A DNA stretch of 64,000 nucleotides from Octopus sinensis (Eukaryota), in NCBI RefSeq assembly GCF_006345805.1, contig NC_043018.1, positions 930,001 through 994,000 of the forward strand, in the 5' to 3' direction. Position 1 is the stretch's first letter, and every line of letters begins with the position of its first letter. The notes under the pieces were generated by a model. That model worked only from the letters and a program-made list of their open reading frames with translations. It was not told the origin of the DNA and searched no databases. This document shows, in pieces, positions 1 to 13,541 of this stretch. Made by a program: the position numbers and the translations under genes.

Positions 1-295
1 AATTTGTTGCAATTGATTCCTCTAGTATCATATCTCAATTTTTCGTCCCCAAAATTTATGTAAAATGATCGCTGAAAACAATCGCACTAATGAAAACATA
101 GGTATTCAAAATTTCAGGATTGCAGATGCGGATTCGGCCAGAAATGCATTTAATTTACTTACGGAGTTGACTCCAGGACATCAGCGTCACTCAGGCCCAT
201 CACAGGTTTCGCCCCAACTGTTTGTTTTTTTTTTTTTTTTTCACCCAGCGTTATGTCTTTCTCCATTTCAAATTTAAAGGTAAAAATAAAGTAAG

Positions 296-678
296 TGGAT
301 GGCTGAAAATCTTCATGATCACATAACCGCTAACATTTGGACTCCTAAATCCCCACATATCAATCCATTGGATTATTACATGCGGAGCATTTTTGCGAGA
401 GACGTCAATGGAGACGCCCGACAATAACACCAAAGATGCTTTGAAAGATGCCATAGCAAGAGTAATGTCCAAAATGAACCAGCACCACTTGATTCAAGCA
501 TGAAGAGGATTTAGATCTCATAGAGAAGCGGTTGTTGAAGCTAAAGGTGGCTTTATTGAATAAGATTACAGAAAATGTTTATTTTAATGCTCTTAGCATT
601 TGTAATAAATAAAGTTGTCTGTCATAATACATTTTTTATAAGCATAAATCTGTCCTCAAATACCTTACCCACCCTGTA
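296..678 (+). mobile_element. Tc1/mariner-superfamily transposon 3' end (decayed transposase C-terminus plus right TIR)
   Basis: Translates WMAENLHDHITANIWTPKSPHINPLDYY (WPPNSPDLNPLDY-like), then after a frameshift NTKDALKDAIARVMSKMNQHHLIQA*RGFRSHREAVVEAKGGFIE* (stop 561-563). Ends CACCCTG-TA at 670-678 (reverse complement TACAGGGTG). Confidence 0.85.
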
Positions 679-775
679 TACATCTCTTTATGGATGTATA
701 TAATAATGTATCTATTTGTTTCTTCCTATCGCTCACTGCCTCTCTGCTTCTGTCTCTCTTCCACTCGCTCTTATG

Positions 776-833
<58 letters not shown>

Positions 834-841
834 TATATAAA

Positions 842-1037
842 GTTAATCCAAACGTGAAAACACAAGGAGAGAACACAACAACGCGATTACGTGGAACAAC
901 TATAGTATTATTGGACGCTCAGGAAAGAAGGAGGGTTTAACGTTACGAGCGGAGCTCTTCGTCACAAACATAGGAAAAGGAAAGATCCAAAGAGGGGAAG
1001 ACGGAGGAAACAAATCGCCAACGGTACACACATGGTC

Positions 1038-1039
<2 letters not shown>
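842..1039 (-). mobile_element. Short HHR-bearing repeat, family A (PLE pLTR-like), decayed ribozyme at 935-969
   Basis: Reverse complement matches 29908-30093 and 30675-30880. Motif GTTT-GTGACGA-A-GAGC-TCC-GCTC-GTAA-CGTT-AAAC has two core mutations. (TA)n lies on both sides. Confidence 0.75.
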
Positions 1040-1077
<38 letters not shown>

Positions 1078-1090
1078 TAGATATATATAT

Positions 1091-1164
<74 letters not shown>

Positions 1165-1165
1165 T
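1040..1165. repeat. (TA)n followed by (GATA)n microsatellite
   Basis: Read directly from sequence. Confidence 0.98.
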
Positions 1166-1792
1166 GATTTTAATTTTCTTTGCTTTCTCCGCTTTCCGTT
1201 TCTTCTTTACACATTTCATCTCGATCCTTGTCTCATACAATAACGCAGAAACGGTTTCTTGCCATTGCTATTCACAATATCTTAATTTTCTTACGTAAGT
1301 ATTATGTAACGTTATTTCCTGATACTTGAAATAGACTTCGGAATATGATTAGGACGTTCCATTTCGGTATCTTCCTGCGCTTGGAATTATATACCAAATA
1401 AATATATGACTAAATATAACCAATAATTTGCACATTGGTCAACTGCCGCCTACTTTTTTAACTTCTATCAATATCTTTTCCCTTTTCTCTTTTCTTTCAA
1501 AGCGGCGAATGAATTAAATATATTAATAGCTCTTACCCTCACGCATGTATTTGTTTTGTTAACTAGCTAACTGACTAATTAACCAATTGTTTCCTTACTA
1601 TTTTCACATGTTACATGTCACCTGATTAATTTATTATTTCAGTACCTTTATTCTTTCTTCATTTCTTCCTTCACTCTCCTCAACTTATAAGAGGAACATC
1701 GACAAATGGGGTAGATTTTCAAGTCTACAACGGGCAAAAAAAAAAAAAGGAAAAGAAAAGAGAAAAGTAAACGAAAAAGAAGAATATTCTAA

Positions 1793-3050
1793 TCAAACAA
1801 TTTTTAGTAGATATGATGAAATTCTCGTGTAATTTATACATCCTCCAGGGCATGATGTTAATAGCTCGCAAACATATTTCTCATGCATTTTGAGGACTGA
1901 AACTGCAGCAAGTTCAGAATATTTTCTGAGAATATGCACTTTGAAATCTTTTTCAAAATTGCAGCCGTTTGAAGAAAAGTTTTCAGTAATTTCTGTCGAT
2001 CTACTGTTATTATGCCTGACGTAATATCTGTGCCCATTAAATATATTGTTTAATTGTTCTGTTGTACAACCAACATAAATCAAGTTGTGATTCGTACATT
2101 CTGCCGCGTACACCAAATGGAAATCTCCGCACGTTCCACCTAGGTGTAAGGAAGACTGTCAAAAGAACCCCATCCAGCCTACTGAAAGATGCTTTTAACC
2201 TGTGTTACAATCAAGATAATCATTTTGTTAAATATCATTTGGTCAAAACATTTATATGACCCACGTTTACAGCCATTTCGTCATTAGAGAAACTTACGCT
2301 CTTAATAAGAAAATTATACGTGTGTACCATTAGAACAACTACAAAAATCATGGCATTTCTACAAGGCATGTCTTGGGAGTGTGGATCTTAGAAAATTTTC
2401 TTTTATCAGTTTTGGGGGCAAAATTTATATCTTCAGTGGTCAGCCATTCCGGGGATTATTCCGGATCTTCATAAACACGCTGTAACAGCAAGATATATAT
2501 TTGCATGAGACTGAAGATACATTAAGCGAATTCTTTGGAATCTTACCTGGACCAGTTGATTTACATTTACAAGAGTCTGGAGTGTTTCAATGTAAATCTT
2601 ACACTTCTTTAACCACACTGCCTTGTTGTCTTCTTTGAAACTGTGAGCATCAAAATTATGATTCCATTCATTTTCCAAATTTTGCTCCAAATACAAGTAT
2701 TTCTTACTCTGATGAGGTTTCTGTTTTGATTGTGCACTTTGTAAAGTGTCTATAGAATTATTTTCGCTTATTCTTATACATTCTGTCATTTTTGAAGAAC
2801 CTGGATTGTTTTGCAAAGCGAGATATGATCGCACCTTTTGTCTGCAAGTTTTCTCTTTCATATTTTCAACTTCAATAAATTTTCTACATGTTGTCGAATA
2901 TATATATCCATCATCCAAATTTAAAGAACCTATGCCGACTATAGGAAGGGATTTTTCTTCGACATTTTTCTATTTTGCTAGTCTTATTTCACCAGGATTC
3001 ACCATGTATAAATTAAGCTTGTTAACGCATGCACATTAAAAAGTAATACA
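1793..3050 (-). mobile_element. Penelope-like element remnant (RT C-terminus to GIY-YIG endonuclease), pseudogenised
   Basis: 1793-2116 reads VYAAECTNHNLIYVGCTTEQLNNIFNGHR...EKYVCELLTSCPGGCIN (GIY-YIG, ending in a P-GLN-like motif). About 2880-3030 reads EEKSLPIVGIGSLNLDDGYIYSTTCRK (decayed LPFLD...YRK RT motif). Confidence 0.8.
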
Positions 3051-4299
3051 ACAACGTTATCCAATGCAATGAGGAGCCACATGAACTGCAGTCACACATG
3101 AACTGTGTATAATTTTTATTATACAGGCTTCTAATGTGGTTCAAAAAGGCGTTAGGGAAACATTCGTATACTTGTGTTAAGCTTGTGTCACATCGACACT
3201 GTCATTTTCCTTTTACAATATATTTATCTATCTAATTATTTATCTTTATCTATATATACATACATACATACATACATACATATAAATATAGATATCTCTT
3301 TACTCTTTTACTCTTTTACTTGTTTCAGTCATTTGACTGTGGCCATGCTGGAGCACCGCCTTTATATATATATGTATATGTATATGTGTGTGTGTGTGTG
3401 TGTAAATATATACATGTATATATATATATTTATATACATATACACACACACAAATATATATATATGTATGTATGTTTATATATAAAGAATTATTTATCTA
3501 TGTAACTTTCGATCGATACGTGTATATATATATATACATACAGACATGTATGTATTAATTAACATTATATATATATTATATATATATATATATATATAAA
3601 GAGAGAGAGATAATGAGAGAGAGGGAACGAGAGAGTGCGGGAGAGAGAGAGAGAGACATAAAACACGTATATATAAATATATATATATGTGGCTTTGTGT
3701 GTATGTGGAACAAATTAATTTATTCGGGAAGAAGCACAATACTTTTCAAATACAAACAACATATATATATATGTGTGTGTGTTTGTGTGTGTGTGAGTCT
3801 GTGTGTGTGTGTGTCTGTGTAAGTGTGCAGAGGTACGCGTATGCAAATACATTGACATAGTAAAATAGGGCATGGGTTAATATAACTATTCTTTCAGAAG
3901 TATTGTTGTATATGATCATGTGTATGAACGTGACGATATCTATAGAAATACATGTTTAAATATTTTCCTAGAATACGTAAGATTTAGCTTTGCGTGTTTA
4001 TGAGTAATGATGTGTTGTGACCACGTATACGTTTAAAGAGAAGTGTAATACTAGCAACAGTAACTCCATATTTGCAACAAACATAGGCGTAAACATTCAG
4101 ACGGAAAAAAAAACAGTTCATATACATGGGTTTGTATATAAACATATATCTAGTGTGATATATTTGGGACATGCATTAATATACAGATAGAAACGTACAT
4201 GTCCGATGGATATATTTGTTCACACACACACATACACATATAATATAATATACCCATCTATAAATGTATGTATGTTTGCAACTATATATGTATGACGGA

Positions 4300-5556
4300 A
4301 TGTCGATATAGGTTCATACATGTCCCATGTATGTATTTATCTATAGAAAAATGCTTTCGAGTATATACATAAACAAACGTGTATATATATTATATATATA
4401 TATATATATAAGATTAATAGTTAATACAATCGTATATATATAATATATATCTATATATATATATATATATATATAATACATGTTATATATGCATATATAT
4501 GTGAATGTACATGTATATGTATATATATATATATAATATATATATAGATATATATATATATGTAGATGTATATTTATTGTATATGGACATATGTGCATAT
4601 ATATGCATATATATATATATATATATTTATCTCTCTCTCACGCTCTCTCTCTATACATATATGTGTACATATCTATATGTATATGTATATGTTTATAAAC
4701 ACATACATATATATGTATGTATGCATGCATTTATGTGTGTGACAGTATATTTGCGGTTGTTTATGTAGTTAGTATGAGTAAGCTTGTGCGTGGTTGCGAT
4801 TGTACGTTTGCTTGAACACCTACATTGTGAGAACATTCCTGTTTAAAATAATTTCTCGTGAAATATTTTTCTCCTGGGAATGAATTGGAAAATGTAATTA
4901 ATATCCAAAATTGAATTTGACATAAAAACATTACAATCCAAGAGAGATAAATTAAACATAAATTGAAAAATACATATGAAAATTCACATATGTAGCCATG
5001 CCACATAAATGTTTGTATAACGCCTAACAGATTTTATTGTACACATAAACACGCGCATATACCCATAACCGGGCTCACATTTATATGAGTATTTCTGCAT
5101 TTGTATGTATATATGTATATATGTATATATATATATATATAGTTATATATAAATATATGTAATATATATATACAGGCAATATATATATGTATATATATAT
5201 ATATATATGAAATAAATATAATTATATATATATATGTATATATATGCATATACATATGTATGTATATAGAAGTAAAGCATATACATATATATATTTATAT
5301 GTATGTATATAAATTTATGTTTATATATGCATATACACAAAGAAAAGCACATGTATATGCATTCTTATGCATACATATATCTAGGTATACATGTATCAGA
5401 CACACATACACGCACACACACATACATAGATGCATACATACGTATACATATGCAAGTATACATGGAGATAGGTATATAAATACACAGATTGACTAGTATT
5501 TAGATCGCCACATTGCTAGTACATCGTAATATATATATAAATATATCGATGTAGTA

Positions 5557-5614
<58 letters not shown>

Positions 5615-5900
5615 CAGGGAGGAATACAGAATAATCGAAGGTTGGGTGGAAATGTGCAAACAGACATACACTTAGACAAAGGCACACACAAGCTTACACA
5701 TATACGTATATATACAAAATATATATACACATATATATACAATATATATAATTATATATATATATATATGCGTGTTTTTGTGTGTGTGTGTTTGTATAGG
5801 ATTTACAACGATACATATTTTAATGTAAACGCACGTCAATTATTTCCCATCTATAAATATAAGATATATATGAAATATAAGAAAAATAGGTATAAATATA
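4300..5900. repeat. Degenerate (TA)n/(CATA)n low-complexity field; similar fields at 7900-8300, 10170-10680, 11300-11970, 31370-31760 and 36580-36820
   Basis: Read directly from sequence; source of the IY/YI-rich spurious ORFs. Confidence 0.95.
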
Positions 5901-6400
5901 TATATATATGTAGGTAGGTATAAATGTAAATATTAATGCATATACGCATGTATGCGCATCTGCATTTTCATTGCAACGAGTATATGTTCGATATTTTCTT
6001 TGCTACATTGTAAATAAACAGTCTGAATGTGTTAAAATGTTTGAAAGCTAAAAACTGTTTGTGGAATATATTTTGATGTTAGACAAAAATCAACGTTGTT
6101 TTTAAATGGTTCTGTTCTCTCGGCAATAACGACACATAAATATATATATATATATATATATATAACTGTATGCAGATGAATATATAAATATATATGATCC
6201 CTGTGTGCTATGTGCACACGCATGCGCGATGTTATTCGTGTCGTCGCTGAATGTGTGTATAACTGAATTGTCTATGTATTCGTATATGCCAAATCACAGA
6301 ACACAACATAACCTCTGTTCAATATATATGATGAACATTGATTTGAAATTATCTAATTTAAATTATCGCATTCTATGTTCCTATACATATGTAGAGTTTC

Positions 6401-6507
<107 letters not shown>

Positions 6508-6714
6508 CAGAGCGTTTCTTACACAGCGGTATACAACGGTGTACAAGTGGAACAACCTGGAATACACTGCATCTTGCACTTTAAAAACAGTTTCCTACGC
6601 ACAAAATACATAAAATGAATGAAAGAAACAAAAGATGTATATGTATGTGTGTTTGCGTGTTTTATGTTAGTAACACTTATATGGTGGTGTTTTTTTCTTT
6701 TCACCGAAGTGAAT

Positions 6715-7055
6715 GGAGCCTTGACCAGGAGCAGCTGATGTCATCAGACAAGTATGCAAAGTTCATTGGGTGATTCGACCCTGAACCTTAACACCCTCCT
6801 GTTGCTGACTCAGCAGAGGTGGGCAATTCACTGCTCCTTATTTCCTTGTGCCCAGCTTAACTGCTCTCTGTTGCTCCAAATCCAACAAGGGGCTTTTTAG
6901 CTGCCTCTCCTATCCTGCGCACAGCCACTCTTCGCTCCTTAATTCTCATTCCAATACCTGTAAGCATCTCCCAAGGGAACAGAGCAGGGAATCCCCTTCA
7001 GCCAGCCTCGACTGCGAACAGCCCTACTTACTATCCCTCTCCCAGCAATCTTGAA
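6715..7055 (-). mobile_element. HERO-type (RLE) non-LTR retrotransposon 3' fragment
   Basis: Minus strand reads VGLFAVEAG*RGFPALFPWEMLTGIGMRIKERRVAVRRIGEAAKK, frameshift, CWIWSNREQLSW (VEVGCRGF and AERASCWLW motifs). A HERO-like 3' UTR follows (GGGTCGAATCACCC...CTGATGA). Confidence 0.75.
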
Positions 7056-7770
7056 GAAGGACACACATATCACTTTTCATTAATCATCTATTACTTCCCT
7101 AATAACAAATTTATACCTTTTCGTCGCGTTCTTCATGCGTTTGATAAACTACAGAAAAATTGCAGGTGTCTGAAAGTCCCTAAAACCTATAAACGAAGCG
7201 ATTATGAGGGATCATAGGTTAACTCAGAAACAATGTGTATTAAGAGAATATATAAATATGCATTATAATTTTACCATTATTTTATCTTCTGTATTTGACG
7301 ACCAATTTTGATAATTTAAAACTTATTTAGCCGTTTGTTCCAAATTTTTATGGAATTAGTTAATTGTTTCGGTGGCTTTATATATTTATTGAATGATTTC
7401 AGCAGGAAATCTAGTTTATTTGGGGCAATTATTATCAGTAAGAAATCATAATAAAAGCAATTAAATGCTAACGCATCTATGGGGAATTAAGCGTGTATAT
7501 GTGTGTATGTATGCCTGTGTAAATATGCGTATGTGTATGACTGTCCACGTGTGAGTGTATCGTCGTGTGGACAATTCACGTCATCTATACTTTTAATTGT
7601 TAAAATTGTGCAATAACCTCACAAGGCGACACGAAAAACACACATACGAACGGGTCTGTCATTCCTTATTTCTTTCACTCTCTTGCAGTTTCTATCTTTC
7701 TTATCTCGCTCAAACTCTCTCTCACTCATTCTTTGTCTCTGCACATATGTATGTGTGTTAAATATATATG

Positions 7771-7804
<34 letters not shown>

Positions 7805-7902
7805 AAACAGCAACATCCTCTTTTAAGTGGTTAAAAATTTTACCTTTTGGTATTAATAGTGTCTCTATCGTTTTAAAAGTTTAGACACACACACACACTC
7901 AT

Positions 7903-7959
<57 letters not shown>

Positions 7960-8268
7960 ATGTGGTGTGTGTGTTGTGTGTATTATATGTATATGTATAT
8001 ATATATGTATGTATATATATATACTTATATGTGTATATAATGTATATATATGTATATTTATATATGTATATTTATATGTGTATATATATTATATATATAT
8101 ATATTTATATGTATATACATATTTATGTATATATATTTTCATAATTATATATATATGTGTGTATATATATATATTTATATGTATGTATATGTATGTATAT
8201 ATTATATATTTATATGTGTATATATATATATATTATTTATATGTGTGTATATATTATATTTATATGTC

Positions 8269-8312
<44 letters not shown>

Positions 8313-8565
8313 TAGAAGTATCCATGTACATATTTATATATTTACATACATATATGTGTGTGTCTGTGTATTTGTGTGTGTTTATGTGTTTGTAGTGTGT
8401 GTTGCTTTCTGTTAGTACGTGTTTGTAAGAAGATGGTATGAGTACCATACTGGTTAGAGATGTTAAGTGGAAAAGATGTTACAACTATGTTAGGCATTGT
8501 GAAGTCTAAAGGACGGGACTCTGCAATGGATGTATTGATGCAAATGTGTGTGGAATAGAAAGAAA

Positions 8566-9118
8566 GAATGTGTGTGTGAAGGAGGAGTATTAATGAATAG
8601 TGATGGAGAATTTAGACCGAGGAGGGCTGAAATAAGGAGAAGCAAAATTAATGCTATTCCAGATAGCGCCTGCGCGAAGCTAGACCGAATCCGACAGATG
8701 TTGCAGGGTATGAAAAGTTGGGGCGCTATGTCGGTCTCATTACCAAGGGATATATCTTGAGGTGTGCGTGCAAACGTCAGTCGGGCATTGACGACCTGTC
8801 ACGAGTCAACTATCAGTGAGGCATAAACGGTCAGCAAGGAGTAGACACTTAGGTATCTACTGTCATATATTATATATATATATATGGACGAGCACCTTGG
8901 GACGTATCTCTCGATAATGAAACCCCCATCTCGCGCAATATTCCCCTACTGGTCGTACCCGGCAACATCTGTATTGTTCGGTCTTGCCTCGTGCAGGCTC
9001 CATCTGGAATCTCGTCTTCATCTCGAACCGCATTAATTTCGCTTCTCCGTATTTCAGTCCACCTCGGTCTAAATTATCCACCACTATTCATTAATACCGC
9101 TCCTTCACACGCACATTC
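8566..9118. repeat. Diverged inverted repeat, arms about 8566-8767 and 8890-9118
   Basis: GAATGTGTGTGTGAAGGAGGAGTATTAATGAATAGTGATGGAGAATTTAGACCGAGG (8566 onward) is nearly the reverse complement of CCTCGGTCTAAATTATCCACCACTATTCATTAATACCGCTCCTTCACACGCACATTC (ending 9118). Similarity continues inward at lower identity. Confidence 0.85.
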
Positions 9119-9134
9119 GTTCACACTCACGTCC

Positions 9135-10170
9135 CTGAGGGATGAGGTCATTAACATATACCAGATATTTAATAACACCGACAAAAATATCAAATATCGA
9201 GATTGAACATCCAGACGAATCCGGATTCTTCCCTCTACTCGACTTCCAAATCAAGATCACAGAGGAAGGTTCCATATTTACCAAATTCTATAGAAAGGCT
9301 ACTAACGGAAATCTTTCGTCCACTACCAATCAGCCTGGCCCACTGGAGCCAAAACCGCATAAGTGAGAAACCAATTTGCACGGCACGTATAAACAGCGGT
9401 TGTAGCCACATCACGGACAAAGCCGTCTACACCAAACAGTTCCTCGGTGAGCTAAACCTGAATGGCTACCCACCATCTTAAGCTAAACAACGGCGCCTGA
9501 AGAACAGGTCAATAAACCCCGGAAGAACCAGCATACTCCGAATGGAATGTGCTTCCTAAAGCGACCACACTTTGATGACAGAACTGCTGCAGCGATACAA
9601 GACGCAGTCCTCGGGGAACGACTAGACATACAGATAATGTACAGCAGTCCTTTCCTGAGAAAGGCTCTGTCCAAGAGGAACACCCCTCACTACTCTGAGA
9701 AGTGTACATTGTCGAACTGCCCCATCAATGGCCCTAAATTGTGCCAGTGGCCATGATTTGTAAATGAGATCATCTGTGGCCAATGTGGCGCATCCTACAT
9801 CGGAAGCACGACCACAAAACTGCATATACGCATAAAGGAACACATGAAGGCAGACACTTCCGTGAAGAAACATCTAAGGAAATGCTAGACGCGAGAGTTC
9901 ACAGTGCGCATCAGGGATTACCTTAGAATCTCTGAGGCTATCATCATACAACAAAAGAAACCCAAGATCAATAATAAAAAGGAGGTACAGGAGGCTAGTC
10001 CTTCTGTACATGTCCCCCACACACGCTCACACGCAAAAGACATCGACAACGTTCGTCATTTTCTTGAGAATGAGGTTATAATCCCGAATTATTGAATTCA
10101 GGCAAGTCTACATTAATTCACATATTTGTTTTCTTGTGACTTACTTTGCATTGTTTTGGCCTTACCCACG
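9135..10170 (+). mobile_element. 5'-truncated Penelope-like element (RT end, linker, GIY-YIG, 3' UTR), frameshifted
   Basis: IEIEHPDESGFFPLLDFQIKITEEGSIFTKFYRK; LNLNGYP; EIICGQCGASYIGSTTTKLHIRIKEH; LRISEAIIIQQKKPKIN. Confidence 0.9.
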
Positions 10171-10196
10171 ATTTTTATACAACATTATATATATAT

Positions 10197-10304
<108 letters not shown>

Positions 10305-10527
10305 GTATTATATATATAATATATATATATTATATTATATATATAAAGATATAGATATAGATATTATGTGTATAATTATATGTATATATATACATATATA
10401 TTATATATAAATATTATATATATATTTTTAAAATATAAATATTATATATACTTATATATGTATATTATATACATATTATATATATATAATTATATATGTA
10501 TATTATATACATATTATGCATATAAAT

Positions 10528-10560
<33 letters not shown>

Positions 10561-11312
10561 TATACACATATATATGTATTATATATACATGTTATATAAA
10601 TATATATACATATATATAAACATATATGTATATAAATATGTATGGATATATACATACAAGCATACAAGCAAATATGCATACCTACCTTATTCGTGACGAA
10701 CAGTAGTCTGTACGATGCTGTAATACCTTCGTAAGTCGTCTACAGCAAGCATGCAAAGACGCCTCAACATTTTCAAATTACTTTCGTTCCGAGCTTTCGG
10801 GAGATTTCCTTGATATCACTACCACCTCGGGCAAACACTTCAATGCTACACTTTCGTTTTGTCATTGTATAAAGAGTCATATATAATAGATTTCTCTAGG
10901 AATTTATAATATTGTTTCAAATAAAAGAAACGAGGATTTTAATATTCTACCTCCGTATATTTGAACGGTACAATATTAAGTGATTTGTCTAAATTTCAGT
11001 CCAAATAAATACTATATTTATATATTTTCATCATACAAATTTACTCCTGCTGCCTCACCCCCTACTTTTTATAGAAATGTAATAAATACATTTTCCTGCT
11101 TTATAACATAATTGCTTTCGAGAATTTCAAAAAGAAAACATCAAAATATTCCATTTATATCTTTCCTCTGAAAATCAAATTTTATTCGGCAAACGAATAA
11201 ACCTACTATAAACACGCTCACATATAGACGTATAAGGATTTAGCTTAGCTCTCAACCCCAATGAATACACACTAACGTGCTTATACACGCATACGCACAC
11301 AACTATATATAT

Positions 11313-11357
<45 letters not shown>

Positions 11358-11389
11358 ATAATATGAAATATATAATATAAATATAATAT

Positions 11390-11443
<54 letters not shown>

Positions 11444-11491
11444 GTATATGTATATATATTTATATATAAAACAATATATAGATATAATATA

Positions 11492-11524
<33 letters not shown>

Positions 11525-11612
11525 CACAAATATACATATATGCATATATTTTTTATATATAACATATATATTATATATATGTATACATATACTTCATATA
11601 TAATAAAATATA

Positions 11613-11643
<31 letters not shown>

Positions 11644-11913
11644 ATCAAAATATAAATATCTATATACATATGTATTTATACAGATATAAATATATATGTG
11701 GATATATATTTAAATATATAAATATATATATGCATATATATTATATATATTTATATATATAAATATATATACATACATATATATTTATACATATATATTT
11801 ATGTATGTAAATATATATAAATATACATATATACTGATATAAATAAATAAAAATATATTACATATATATTGATATATATATATATATATAAATATATATT
11901 ATGCATATATATT

Positions 11914-11947
<34 letters not shown>

Positions 11948-12352
11948 AATGTATATATAAATATCATTGGAATGCATATTGCATACATAGATATGCATTT
12001 TCATAGATTAATTTCTATATTGCACATGCAATTTTCGACGTGTGTGCATATGTGTGCAAGAGTCATTTATCATGTGAGTCTTAACATTCATCGCTTTAAT
12101 TTTCTTTGGAAATTTTATGCTTGTACATGCGCATGTGTGTGTGGGTTGAGGTGTCTGTGTGAGGGATGGGCTGTTCGTGTGCTTGTTAGATGTGTTAGTG
12201 CGTATTCGCGCGCTTCAACTTTAGAAACCCATATGTTGTTAAAACGCTTTGAAACCTAAACGTATTTTCAAAAATGTTCAAAGGTGGATTAAGGTGTAAA
12301 GTGTTATATTTAAGTTAACTGAAAATGTAGTGCAGCACATTCTGTACATATT

Positions 12353-12354
<2 letters not shown>

Positions 12355-12404
<50 letters not shown>

Positions 12405-12515
12405 GAAGAAGTGATAGAGAGGCGGGTGGGAGATTATCAACTATAGAGAGCGGAGATAAGGAGAAAGAAAGGGAAATTATAGAGTGAGTAACGCAAATAG
12501 ATAGATAGATAGATG

Positions 12516-12556
<41 letters not shown>
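12355..12556. repeat. (GA)n and (GATA)n microsatellites
   Basis: Read directly from sequence. Confidence 0.95.
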
Positions 12557-12557
<1 letters not shown>

Positions 12558-12699
12558 ATGAGAAGAAACCGTTACAGAGGCAGCAAATGTAAAGTGTGTA
12601 TACTTGTTAGGAATTGAAGAAGTGATATATACGATATATCATACTATAAAATTCCTTATATATGCAAAAACTACATGTTCTTTTCTACTGTGGTCACAA

Positions 12700-13287
12700 G
12701 GCCCGTAATTTTTGGGACAGAGTCCAGTCGATGAGATCGCCACCAGTACACAACTTGTATTTAATTTATAGACCCCGAAAGGATGAAAGGTAAAATCGAC
12801 CTCGGAGGAATTTGAACTCAGGACGTGAAGACAGACGAAATACCTATTTCTTTACTACCCACAAAGGGCTAAACACAAAGGGGACAGACAAACGGATGAA
12901 GTCGATTACATCGACCCCAGTGCGTAACTGGTACTTAATTTATCGACCCCGATAGGATGAAAGGTAAAGTCGACCTCGGAGGAATTTAAACTCAGGACGT
13001 GAAGACGGACGAAATACCTATTTCTTTACTACCCACATAGGGCTAAACACAGAGGACAAACAAGGACAGACAAACGGATTAAGTCGGGTATATCGACTCT
13101 AGTGCGTAACTGGTACTTAATTTATCGACTCCGGTAGGATGAAAGATAAAGTCGACCTCGGAATAATTTGAACTCAAGACGTGAAGACAGACGAAATACC
13201 TCTAAGCATTTCACTCGGCGTGCTAACGATTCTGCCAGCTCTAAGCATTTCACTCGGCGTGCTAACGATTCTGCCAGCTCGCCGACT
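12700..13287 (-). mobile_element. tRNA-derived SINE family S2, three internal units
   Basis: Head GGCGAGCTGGCAGAATCGTTAGC (A-box-like) and GAGTTCAAATT (B-box-like). Body GGTCGACTTTACCTTTCATCC...GTCGATAAATTAAGTACCAG is repeated three times. Confidence 0.9.
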
Positions 13288-13394
13288 TCTGGTGATAATG
13301 ATATTATCTTACCTATTAGATCATTGCAAATGACCACCTGTAGTAAAATCATTACAAACGTGGGCATACGAGAGAGCTTATAGTTTCATTAAGA

Positions 13395-13453
13395 ATGAAT
13401 AATAATGATAATAATAATGATACTACTACTACTACTACTACTATTACTACTAC

Positions 13454-13540
<87 letters not shown>

Positions 13541-13541
13541 C
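13395..13541. repeat. (AAT)n/(ACT)n microsatellite
   Basis: Read directly from sequence. Confidence 0.98.

Noticed and set aside
10060-10100. Expected HHR in the Penelope 3' UTR (CTTGAGAATGAGGTTATAATCCCGAATT)
   Set aside because: Core and GAAA are too degenerate to call.
10785-10830. Minus-strand GAAAGCUC with a small stem upstream
   Set aside because: No CUGANGA and no stem I partner.
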